NCBI GenBank assembly: GCA_046758445.1
Contig: JBHIAE010000049.1
Coordinates: 1-21,662 of the forward strand
Direction of reading: 5' to 3'
DNA from: Candidatus Thorarchaeota archaeon
GTDB lineage: Archaea > Asgardarchaeota > Thorarchaeia > Thorarchaeales > Thorarchaeaceae
DNA length: 21,662 bases
A program made the translations under genes and the position numbers. Below are positions 8,228 through 16,595 of the stretch, piece by piece (the stretch's first letter is position 1; each line of letters starts with the position of its first letter). A model generated the notes under the pieces. That model saw only the letters and a program-made list of their open reading frames with translations, did no database searches and was not told the DNA's origin.

Positions 8228-8629
8228 CTATTCATCAGGACCTTTCTTGATTGCGTCTTTCACGTAAGAACTGAAATCAGAGGTTTCTCCATCACGCTGA
8301 ACTCTGATTCTTGGGCCCTCCCCCTTGACTTGACGCTCGATATACATGACGTCGAGTCGACTCATCAACTGACGGTATCCTCTGTACACAATGAGATATA
8401 GGATGACCTCTTCAACCTGTTTCCCAATCCCGGGCTCTTGTTTCAGTAGACGCTCCAAATGCTTCTGTGCGTCTGGGTCAAGGAATTTCCTGAGAAGCTT
8501 TGCACGCTCGGCTGTCACCTTCTTCTCACGTTCGCGTGTAGCCTCAAGCTCTTTCTCACGCTTCATAAGCTGAGCCATCTTCTTTCTTCGTATCATTACC
8601 AAGTCCGGATCATCATCAGTCAGGGCCAC
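8228..8629 (-). CDS. PDCD5/TFAR19-like DNA-binding protein (divergent)
   Basis: 'DDPDLVMIRRKKMAQL...LLRKFLDPDAQKHLERL...GKQVEEVILYL' matches the PDCD5 pattern. GTG 8629 follows an AGGTGA SD (ORF track: 8659). Confidence 0.75.
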   Translation of the reverse strand: MALTDDDPDLVMIRRKKMAQLMKREKELEATREREKKVTAERAKLLRKFLDPDAQKHLERLLKQEPGIGKQVEEVILYLIVYRGYRQLMSRLDVMYIERQVKGEGPRIRVQRDGETSDFSSYVKDAIKKGPDE

Positions 8630-8752
8630 AACCTCACCTTGGAACCGCTTAGCAAGCACAGTTAAGCCTAACGATGCAACCAGAAGTGCTTTTTAGCCTT
8701 GAAGTAGAACTAGGGCCGACAACACAGGTAGCAGTGTTGGGGTATGCCATAG

Positions 8753-9688
8753 TTGACATCAGAAGAAACTTGCAGATTTCTCTCAATCTCGAAGTCTGGA
8801 CATTCATGCAAACTAAGAAACCAGATCCTGGCAAGGTCTGAAGTAGAGGCGAAATGCATCAAAACGAACTTGGCTGTGATTTGTGTCGACGCCTATACTG
8901 CCTTGGCAAAGGGCCAGGAAGCGGTTAAAGCAAACAGCACAGATGCATTCCTATGGTTGGTCGAATCAGCGAATCAGTTCGAGAACCTAGGAGAAACTGA
9001 CAATGCAATAATGGCAACCGTCAAGACGATAGACCTCGCATTGAAGATGAATCTGATTGAGAAAGGGTATGAGGTATTCCGATACTCGAGATCAATGTTT
9101 GAATCCGGTCTTGCTAGGAATGACCCCTCCCTTGCGGACCCGGCCCTTAAACAGATTCTTGTATCAGAGGGGCAGAAGCTATTGGCCGCAGCTCGGAAGG
9201 CCCATGAAGGCTCAGCAATGGCGGACATGCAGGCAGAGCTCAAGGCGAGCATTCTTACGGGAGTAAGTTTGAAGAAGGTCGAGAAGGAAGAGGCTGAGAA
9301 GCTGGTCATCAGTCATGGTAGATCACTGTACACGAAGAAATCAACTGAATACAAGGAGGGTGCTGACACCTACCTAGCATCCGGCATAGTTCAAAATGCC
9401 ATTGTATTCGCGTGCTTGGGTGCCTTAGCCGACCTAATGCTAGGATTGCCAAAGGAAGGTCTCCAGTTCTTGAGTGAATTCACCGAACAGTCCGGCAAGA
9501 AGGAGGAGTTCCTTGCCAACAAGTGCTTTCAATGGACTAAGCTAGTGTTCTCAGGTCTGGTCAAGAGAGATGTCGATGCCATTGAACGAGCAAGAACGCT
9601 CTTCCTGAATGTCCCTTTTAGCTTCAAGGACGACATGGAGTTTGCTAGGCGTGTCATGGAGTCTGTGCGTAGAAGGATTAGTCAATGA
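8753..9688 (+). CDS. Helical-repeat (TPR/SNAP-like) protein with N-terminal 4-Cys segment
   Basis: 311 aa; helical hairpin repeats; four Cys in the first 44 aa; overlaps the convergent methyltransferase gene by 11 nt. Confidence 0.65.
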   Translation: MTSEETCRFLSISKSGHSCKLRNQILARSEVEAKCIKTNLAVICVDAYTALAKGQEAVKANSTDAFLWLVESANQFENLGETDNAIMATVKTIDLALKMNLIEKGYEVFRYSRSMFESGLARNDPSLADPALKQILVSEGQKLLAAARKAHEGSAMADMQAELKASILTGVSLKKVEKEEAEKLVISHGRSLYTKKSTEYKEGADTYLASGIVQNAIVFACLGALADLMLGLPKEGLQFLSEFTEQSGKKEEFLANKCFQWTKLVFSGLVKRDVDAIERARTLFLNVPFSFKDDMEFARRVMESVRRRISQ

Positions 9689-11021
9689 TGCGCAATCTGG
9701 CAATGAAGAAGGCGTTGGAATCATGTCTATGAGGAAACAGCCTGACTGCCTTTTCTGAACAATTGAAACCATCATATCCTCTTGAACCATCAATCGGGAT
9801 CTCCAATAGTTCGAAGCTATGGCGAGTCATGGCTGAGTCGATCTGAGATTCGCCCTCATGTGGTAAGAGTGAGCAGGTCGCATAGACAATCTCTGTCCCT
9901 GGACGGTCAGCATAAGCGTCAAGAACTCCATCGAGAATCTTATTTTGGATTGACATCAAGCTGAACAATGTTTGCTTGTTCAGGCGCCATTTGAAGGAGG
10001 GGTGACTCCGAAGCATGCCAGTGGATGAGCAAGGTGCGTCGATGAGAATCTTATCTGCGTCACGGACTGGTGCTTCTGCAGCATCTGCCATTAGGAAACT
10101 AACATCTTGGCAACCAAGAGAATCGCAGCGTCTCTTCGCCACCTCCAGTCGCTTCGGATTGATGTCGGTAGCGTCAAGCTGACCCTCTAAATTCATGAAT
10201 TCCCATAAGAGCTGTGTCTTCATGCCAGGAGCCGCACAAGCGTCCCAGATTCTCATTCCAGGCTGTGGGTCAAGAGCGCGCACTACCTCGACGCTACCCT
10301 TGTCTTGGATCAATACTTGACCACTGGTGAATTCTGAGGAACTAAACAGCCTGTCGACACAATCAACTACCTTGTATAGATTCGGAATGCCTACCTCTGG
10401 CGTCAGCCTGACATCCTTCTTCTCCAAGCTCTTGATGACGTTCTCATGACCCTCAAGGAGCCTGTTAACGCGCAAGTAGTAGTTTCGTAGTCCATTGTTA
10501 TGATTCATCAGTGCCAATGCGTCGTCGTGCCGAAGGTTCTCAAGCAATAGTTCAACCAAGAATGTTGGATGAGATAGCTTCACGCTTAGCGCATTGATCG
10601 GCTTGAGGCGACGCACAGCTGCCTCTAAATCGAGTTCTAGAACACGCCTAGTTGTTTCAAACAAGTGGGAAGCTCTCCCGAGAAGCCTGGTCCGAATCTT
10701 CTCCAACGAAGTGTTGAGCCACCTGCCCTCATATGTTGCAAGACGGAGCAGACTCCGGTCTCTTTGACTAATCTCAGAGAAACTCCTACGTTCAAGAGCT
10801 CGGGCAACAATGTAATCGATTGTGTTGAGAAACTTTACTACGCCTAGACTTCTGGACCTTACATAGCCCCTTACGTCGTCCCGCATCGCCCTTTCAGACT
10901 CGGCCGACCGCACAAGCATTCGTATAGACTTCGGAAACTCGGTATACTTCGAAAGAATATCAACAACGATGTCCTTTGCGACACCGATGTCAACAAGTTT
11001 CACCGCTTGGTTCAACTCCAA
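9678..11021 (-). CDS. RsmB/NOP2/Sun RNA cytosine-C5 methyltransferase with NusB-like N-terminal domain
   Basis: IQD, DACAAPGMKT, ILIDAPCSSTG, VYATCS (both catalytic Cys), FFIARL; N-terminal 'IDYIV...RSLLRLATYE'. Confidence 0.92.
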   Translation of the reverse strand: MELNQAVKLVDIGVAKDIVVDILSKYTEFPKSIRMLVRSAESERAMRDDVRGYVRSRSLGVVKFLNTIDYIVARALERRSFSEISQRDRSLLRLATYEGRWLNTSLEKIRTRLLGRASHLFETTRRVLELDLEAAVRRLKPINALSVKLSHPTFLVELLLENLRHDDALALMNHNNGLRNYYLRVNRLLEGHENVIKSLEKKDVRLTPEVGIPNLYKVVDCVDRLFSSSEFTSGQVLIQDKGSVEVVRALDPQPGMRIWDACAAPGMKTQLLWEFMNLEGQLDATDINPKRLEVAKRRCDSLGCQDVSFLMADAAEAPVRDADKILIDAPCSSTGMLRSHPSFKWRLNKQTLFSLMSIQNKILDGVLDAYADRPGTEIVYATCSLLPHEGESQIDSAMTRHSFELLEIPIDGSRGYDGFNCSEKAVRLFPHRHDSNAFFIARLRIID

Positions 11022-11096
11022 TAGAGCTCAGAGTTAGTGACTAGTCAACACTGCGATTCTCCTCATATGAACCCTGAGTTGCCCTATATAGACTAG

Positions 11097-11582
11097 CTAG
11101 AGCATCCTCTCGTACATCTGCACCAGCATACCCTCTATCTGTTCATAGGGCTCACCCCAGGGGCGAAAGCCGAACTTCTTCATAAGCCGCTCGCTAGACT
11201 TTTGGCCTACAAGTATGTTGCAGTAGTTCCGTTCGCAGCCGTGAGCCCTACCGTATTCTGCAAACTGGATGTACATGGCTGAAGCCAGACCTGTGCCTTC
11301 GCACTGGGGGCTGACGGTCTGGTGTTCGCCAAAGAGACCTTTCTCAGTAATCTTGGCCTTGTACACACCAACGAGTCTTCCACCCAGACGACTACCGAAA
11401 TAGTGGTATCCTTGGCGCATGTCTTCAACAACCTGTTGTGGAGTATACATCCTCCTTTCTCGCCAAGACTCAGGATACTCGGTTGCCAATGGCCAGACTT
11501 CCTTAAAGAGTTCAGAGATCTCTTGAGCATCGTCCTCGCTAAGCTCGACTATGAGAATCTCGTCTTCAGGGATCTCGGCCAT
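11097..11582 (-). CDS. GNAT family N-acetyltransferase
   Basis: Motif A-like 'TVSPQCEGTGLASAM' and C-terminal 'SERLMKKFGF'. Start probably ATG 11582 (ORF track: 11636). Confidence 0.8.
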   Translation of the reverse strand: MAEIPEDEILIVELSEDDAQEISELFKEVWPLATEYPESWRERRMYTPQQVVEDMRQGYHYFGSRLGGRLVGVYKAKITEKGLFGEHQTVSPQCEGTGLASAMYIQFAEYGRAHGCERNYCNILVGQKSSERLMKKFGFRPWGEPYEQIEGMLVQMYERML

Positions 11583-11647
11583 GGTTAGTCCCATCTGGGG
11601 AAGCAGAAGTGTAACATAAACCTCTGCGTATGTCAAGATTCGTCAAT

Positions 11648-12766
11648 TCAAGAAACACTGGCGGCCCAATCATAGGCCTCTTGGATTGGAGTGCACCCTC
11701 CACACAAGTGACAGCCTGCAGCGGTTTTGGAGGGATTGATGTCCCAGCGGTGTAGAATCCTTCCGACTTCCTTGTAGAGTTCCACTGACTGTTCCAGACT
11801 GCCAGCATATGATGGCACGTAGTCTGCAAGTTGGCTGCCGGTTGCCGGACGAATCGGGGCCACAATGGGCAAGACCCCCATCTTTGCTAGTTCTTCTACC
11901 AAGCCAAGTGTTGTTTCAGTCCTCTCTCCAAGCCCCTGAAGGATGAAGGTGCTAACGTTTCCCCTACCAAAGAATTTCAAAGCAGATACCCAGCTCTGCC
12001 GGTAGAGGTCCAATGGGCCGTAACCGTATTTTCCCGGACAGATCTTCTCACGGACGGATTCGTCAGCACTCTCGATATGCAGCCCAATCGCGTTAGCGCC
12101 GGCTTTTGCAAGCTCCTCGATGACACGCTGGTCTCTTGGAGGCTCAATCTGGACTCCAATGGGTATGTCGCTAGACTCTCTAATGCGTTTCACAATAGGA
12201 ATCAACCTTTCAGCCCCCATCTCACTTGAGTCATGAGGAGTTCCAGTTGTCAAGAGAACATCAGTGATTATTCCTTCAGACTCGGCAACGCTTACAACCT
12301 CTGCAATCTGATCGGGTTGCTTTTCCAGCGGTGTATCGCCGCTCAGGTATGAGGTAGGTATCGTGCAGAACTTGCACTGTTCACCACCATCCCAATACCG
12401 ACAGGCCTGATACACTGTGGTGGCCAGAGTCGAGTTCCCGTGGAGCAGAGCTATTTGACCGTAGGGCACTCCGTCCTTTGTTGTGCAATCATAGAAGTTG
12501 GGCCGCGGAACAGTGCGAAGCTGTATGTTTCCGTCATAAAGCCAGACAGAAGGGTCTCCTGTTGAACGAAGGGGCGCAGAACCAAAACGTTCAGCCATCT
12601 CGCCTCGGCGAATCGGAACGCCGCACGAACGGCCGTTTGGGAGAAGGAAGTATCTGGCACCCACAGGACCAGCTCCTCCCTTCCTTCCAGACGCTTCGCT
12701 CTCTGGAAGAGTAGCACCTTCTGTAAGGAGCCTTACCTTTAGTCGAAGGTGGTCTTCTGCGTCCAT
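11648..12766 (-). CDS. Radical SAM protein, MSMEG_0568/NitD-like family
   Basis: GRKGGAGP, 'DGVPYGQIALLHG..TLATTVYQAC', extended Cx8Cx2C cluster motif, 'GNVSTFILQGLGE', C-terminal AGCxxCGGC. Confidence 0.85.
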   Translation of the reverse strand: MDAEDHLRLKVRLLTEGATLPESEASGRKGGAGPVGARYFLLPNGRSCGVPIRRGEMAERFGSAPLRSTGDPSVWLYDGNIQLRTVPRPNFYDCTTKDGVPYGQIALLHGNSTLATTVYQACRYWDGGEQCKFCTIPTSYLSGDTPLEKQPDQIAEVVSVAESEGIITDVLLTTGTPHDSSEMGAERLIPIVKRIRESSDIPIGVQIEPPRDQRVIEELAKAGANAIGLHIESADESVREKICPGKYGYGPLDLYRQSWVSALKFFGRGNVSTFILQGLGERTETTLGLVEELAKMGVLPIVAPIRPATGSQLADYVPSYAGSLEQSVELYKEVGRILHRWDINPSKTAAGCHLCGGCTPIQEAYDWAASVS

Positions 12767-12805
12767 TTCGCTCCTTCCTACGGAAGTGCTGGTCTTAATT
12801 TGTCT

Positions 12806-13924
12806 TCACCTTTGGTCCTTTTTGGACTTTTGAGCCACGCGTACCAGCTCAGGAAGGTCCAAGACCTTGAGGTCTGATTGTGTTTGGGACACGAACATGT
12901 TCTTGCAGAATGGGCAAGAAGTGACAAGGATGCTGGCTTCAACGTGCTTTGCATGTCGTATTCTCTCGGCCCCAATGGTCTTCGCCTTTTCGGGAAACAG
13001 AGTTCTAAGACCAGCTCCGTTGCCGCAGCACATTGCATTGTCACCATGTCGTTCCATCTCAACAAACCTACTCCCTGTTATCTTGTTTAGTATCCTTCTC
13101 GGCTGATCGTAGATTCCGCAGTGCCTGCCCAGATGGCAAGGATCGTGATACGCGACGTTTCCTTCGAACTCTCCCACCGGTAGGTCATCAATGTGTGCGT
13201 AAAGGAGCTCAGCGACGTGTTTCACCGGCTTATTGATCTTCAGTCCATGTAAGGGATAGTCCTTTGTGAGGACTCTGTAGCAACCGGGGCAAGTGACAAG
13301 GATCTCGTCAGCCTCCACAGAATTGAATACCTCAACATTGTGTCGTGCCTGTTCTAGCGCTGTTTCCACAAATCCAGTCCTTAGAAGTGGAGACCCACAA
13401 CACCACTCTTCTGATGATACAACGACTGTGTAGCCTAGACTAGCCAGAACTGATACAGCGTCCTGTGCGATTTCTTTCTCACGATAAGCTGCGGTGCACC
13501 CTGAGAAGTAGGCGATCTTCGTTTCACCTTCTCCCTGAATCGAAAGCCAGTTGTTCCTTTCAGAGTGCTTCTCGTTGAAGGGATTATGGTGCTCTTTCAC
13601 TGCAGACTCAAGTTTGCTCAGTTCGGCTGGATGCCTGCCCTCGGTCACGAGGCGGATTCGAGTAGTTTCTACAATGTCTGCAACATCGATTTCAGGAAGA
13701 CACCATGTGAGGCAATGACTGCACTCAAGACACATATAGAGAACCTCAATTCCTCTCTCATCCAGAGAACGGATATTCTTGGCATCCTGATGAACTAGCA
13801 GACTCCTTCCGTGCGGAGTGGGCGAGTCAGATCTCCAGGCGAAGAACGTTGGACAGACATGTCTGCACATCTTTCTGCAAGCTGCACACATACGAGATTG
13901 CCTTTCCACCTCTTTGAGGTCCAC
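12806..13924 (-). CDS. Fe-S oxidoreductase with 4Fe-4S dicluster plus two CCG domains (HdrD/GlcF/GlpC-like)
   Basis: CAACRKMCRHVCP, CLECSHCLTWC, FSGC, WCCG, TCPGC, YHDPCHLGR, MCCG, TSCPFC. Confidence 0.88.
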   Translation of the reverse strand: MDLKEVERQSRMCAACRKMCRHVCPTFFAWRSDSPTPHGRSLLVHQDAKNIRSLDERGIEVLYMCLECSHCLTWCLPEIDVADIVETTRIRLVTEGRHPAELSKLESAVKEHHNPFNEKHSERNNWLSIQGEGETKIAYFSGCTAAYREKEIAQDAVSVLASLGYTVVVSSEEWCCGSPLLRTGFVETALEQARHNVEVFNSVEADEILVTCPGCYRVLTKDYPLHGLKINKPVKHVAELLYAHIDDLPVGEFEGNVAYHDPCHLGRHCGIYDQPRRILNKITGSRFVEMERHGDNAMCCGNGAGLRTLFPEKAKTIGAERIRHAKHVEASILVTSCPFCKNMFVSQTQSDLKVLDLPELVRVAQKSKKDQR

Positions 13925-15352
13925 TTACTCAAGCACCCCCAGACCGAGCTTGCCCGGATTCATGATACAGTTGGGGTCTAGGACGTCCTTGATTTGCCTA
14001 AGAACCTCGAATGCACTTCCGAGTTCGTTCTTAGTGTAAGTGCTTCGCGTCAGACCAACACCGTGCTGATGACTCATTGTGCCACCAGCCTGCAGACATG
14101 CTTCCACAGCATCATCCCAAATCTCTCTGTACTTCGCCCAGGCAGTTTCTGCGTCAGGCTGCTGTTGGAAGAAGCTCATGTAGATGCTTCCTCCGCTAAG
14201 GTACATGTGTGAGAAGTGGGTCAATGGAAGTGCTCCGTGTGCCTCTATTGTCTTCTTCATTGCACGATATACTTCCTCAAGATTCTCGTAGGTCGCCACA
14301 ACATCGATTGTGTCCTCAAGAGCATACTTCAGTGAGCGAATTCTCGTCGGATAGTACATGTCGTATCTATGCTCCCACCAGCGTCTCGAGGGGCCTTCTC
14401 CGTAGTCCGTACCTCCACTTTCCTCACATATCCGAACACACTCCTGTTCATCAATCTCAATCTTCTCTGGTTTTCCGTCAAAGCCCAGCAGTAGCATGCA
14501 CTGTCCTTCTTCAACATCAGTGTGCGGAGCCACAAATATGGCCGTGTCTTCAGCATCGTAGAACCGAACGATCGATGGTGTGATTCCCTCGCGGAATATC
14601 AGTCGGATTGCCTCGATACCACTGTGTACATCAGGAAATGCAAATGATTTGAAACGTCGCTCACGTGGGATAGGAAACAATTGGAGTGTAGCCTCGGTTA
14701 TCACTCCAAGCGTTCCTTCAGAGCCGATGAATAGCTGACGTAGGTCCGGACCAACTGAATGGCGAGGTACGGCTTTGGTTCGGATGATGCTACCGTTCGG
14801 CAATACAAATTCAAGTCCTAGAGTGAGATCCTCTATCTTCCCGTAGAGAGATGATAATGAACCAGCGGAGCGCGTTGCTACGAACCCGCCTACATTTGAA
14901 GCCCTCAAGGAGGTTGGAGTGTGACCTGTGGTATAGCCATGACGATTCACTTCTTCTTCAAGGTCTATTCCAACCATTCCAGCTTGCACTCTTACGAGGA
15001 GAGACTTGTGATCAATTTCTATAATGCTGTCCATCCGCTTGAGATCGAGCTGGATGCCTCCATAGATGGGAAGAGTTCCCCCACTGACACCAGCACCTCC
15101 CCCAACTGGAGTCACAGGGACTTTGAGATCGTTGGCAATCTTGAGAACTCCTGCGACCTCTTCGGTATTCGCCGGAAACACGACCATATCTGCAAGAGGC
15201 AACGGTTCACCGTCCCGGATCTTTGTTGCGCTCAATGACCAGGCATCGTGCGCGTTCAGAACCATGTCGGTTTCGTGAACCGTGATATGGTCATCACCGA
15301 CAACATCTGCTATTCTCTTGACAAGCTGGGCCTTCTTTTTGGCTGAAATCAA
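13925..15352 (-). CDS. FAD-linked oxidoreductase (VAO/PCMH fold), alkyl-DHAP synthase-like
   Basis: PVGGGAGVSGG, GHTP, GGFVATRSAG..S..YGKIED, GPDL..LFIGSEGTLGVITE, HFSHMY..GGSIY, GGTMSHQHGVG, LDPN.IMNPGKL. Start probably TTG 15352 after an AAGGAG SD (ORF track: 15403). Confidence 0.85.
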   Translation of the reverse strand: MISAKKKAQLVKRIADVVGDDHITVHETDMVLNAHDAWSLSATKIRDGEPLPLADMVVFPANTEEVAGVLKIANDLKVPVTPVGGGAGVSGGTLPIYGGIQLDLKRMDSIIEIDHKSLLVRVQAGMVGIDLEEEVNRHGYTTGHTPTSLRASNVGGFVATRSAGSLSSLYGKIEDLTLGLEFVLPNGSIIRTKAVPRHSVGPDLRQLFIGSEGTLGVITEATLQLFPIPRERRFKSFAFPDVHSGIEAIRLIFREGITPSIVRFYDAEDTAIFVAPHTDVEEGQCMLLLGFDGKPEKIEIDEQECVRICEESGGTDYGEGPSRRWWEHRYDMYYPTRIRSLKYALEDTIDVVATYENLEEVYRAMKKTIEAHGALPLTHFSHMYLSGGSIYMSFFQQQPDAETAWAKYREIWDDAVEACLQAGGTMSHQHGVGLTRSTYTKNELGSAFEVLRQIKDVLDPNCIMNPGKLGLGVLE

Positions 15353-15359
15353 GGTTCTC

Positions 15360-16595
15360 TCACTCCTTTGATAGTCGCTGAGCGATGAAGACTGTGAGAT
15401 CATCGACTTCGACGGAGCTGCCAGTCTTGAAGAGTCTGCTCTCGATATGCGCCGTGCACAGTGGACACGGCGTTACTACTTTCTGGGCTCCCGTCCTTTC
15501 AATTGCGGCAAGATTCTCATCAACGACAGCATCGGCCACATCGCTTGAATGGTAGGCAACCAGACCGCCACCACCACAACATGAGTCCTCAGCGTCAGAG
15601 ATCGAAACCCTCACTCCTGGGGCAACAGTAAGAATGCTAATCGCGTGATTCATGATCTGGCGTGAAGTGTGCCTTATGAGATGACATGGATCGTGTACCG
15701 TTACTTTCACATCGCTGAACTTGCGACCAGCCTTGAATGCCTCTTCAATTCGCTCCAATCCAATCTCTTCTGCGAGGAAATCGAGCATATGATAGACGGG
15801 CACTCCCCATTTGTCACGCACACTGATATCTGAGAGATTCGAGGTACATCCCGCGCACGTCGTGACAATCTTCTTCACACCAAGCTGTTTCAGTTGACGC
15901 TGCAAAGTGTCAGCAAGAGTCCTTCCAGTCTTGTCGTCACCCATAAGGCGTGAAGGTAGGCCACAGCAACTCATCTCCTCTAGCAAGGTAAAATCAATTC
16001 CGAAGTAGTCTAGAACAACCTTGGCAGCCTCTCGGACCTCCTGAGCTCGCTCTTCAGCCTGGCATCCGGGGTAGAATAGAACCTCCGAACTCTTCGCAAC
16101 TCTATTAGGAATGAGTGGCAGCCCCAGACGTTCCAGCCTCATGTCGCGACTCTCAACCTTTTCCTCCACGTCCTCCCAAGGTTCGAAGGCGAGATTGTGC
16201 TTGGTGATGGTTTCACGTACCACGTGGAGGCCCTTAGGAACCAGATCAGGTCTGTGTTCGAATATGCTGGTACGCACAATGTTCACCACTTCAGGTATGT
16301 CGACGTTCTTGGGACATACCTCTCTGCAAGTTCCACAGCCGGTACAAATATAGACGATATCGCCTGTTGACCAAAACTCTGGCGGCGAGCGGCTCAATTC
16401 TGCTGCGATGCTTCTCGGGCCAGAGAAGCGATCCACACCCACTGCGGCTACGACAGGACAGTGGTTGATACAAAGCCCACAGTTTATGCAGCGTTCGACC
16501 GATCTGATGGTGTCAAGCTCATCTTCATGATACGGTGTGATTTTCTCCTCTTTCAGAGTCTTCTTTACGAACTCGTAGGCCCCTTCCTCTGTCAA
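15360..16595 (-). CDS. glpC: Anaerobic glycerol-3-phosphate dehydrogenase subunit C-like Fe-S/CCG protein
   Basis: CINCGLCINHCP, CTGCGTCREVCP and two CCG domains; lies directly after glpB. Confidence 0.8.
   Translation of the reverse strand: MTEEGAYEFVKKTLKEEKITPYHEDELDTIRSVERCINCGLCINHCPVVAAVGVDRFSGPRSIAAELSRSPPEFWSTGDIVYICTGCGTCREVCPKNVDIPEVVNIVRTSIFEHRPDLVPKGLHVVRETITKHNLAFEPWEDVEEKVESRDMRLERLGLPLIPNRVAKSSEVLFYPGCQAEERAQEVREAAKVVLDYFGIDFTLLEEMSCCGLPSRLMGDDKTGRTLADTLQRQLKQLGVKKIVTTCAGCTSNLSDISVRDKWGVPVYHMLDFLAEEIGLERIEEAFKAGRKFSDVKVTVHDPCHLIRHTSRQIMNHAISILTVAPGVRVSISDAEDSCCGGGGLVAYHSSDVADAVVDENLAAIERTGAQKVVTPCPLCTAHIESRLFKTGSSVEVDDLTVFIAQRLSKE

Noticed and set aside
13925-15352. Annotation as glycolate oxidase GlcD / D-lactate dehydrogenase
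   Set aside because: Lacks the HxGDGNxH and GEHG metal-binding motifs; has AGPS-type SHxY..G.S.Y and SHxHGVG instead.
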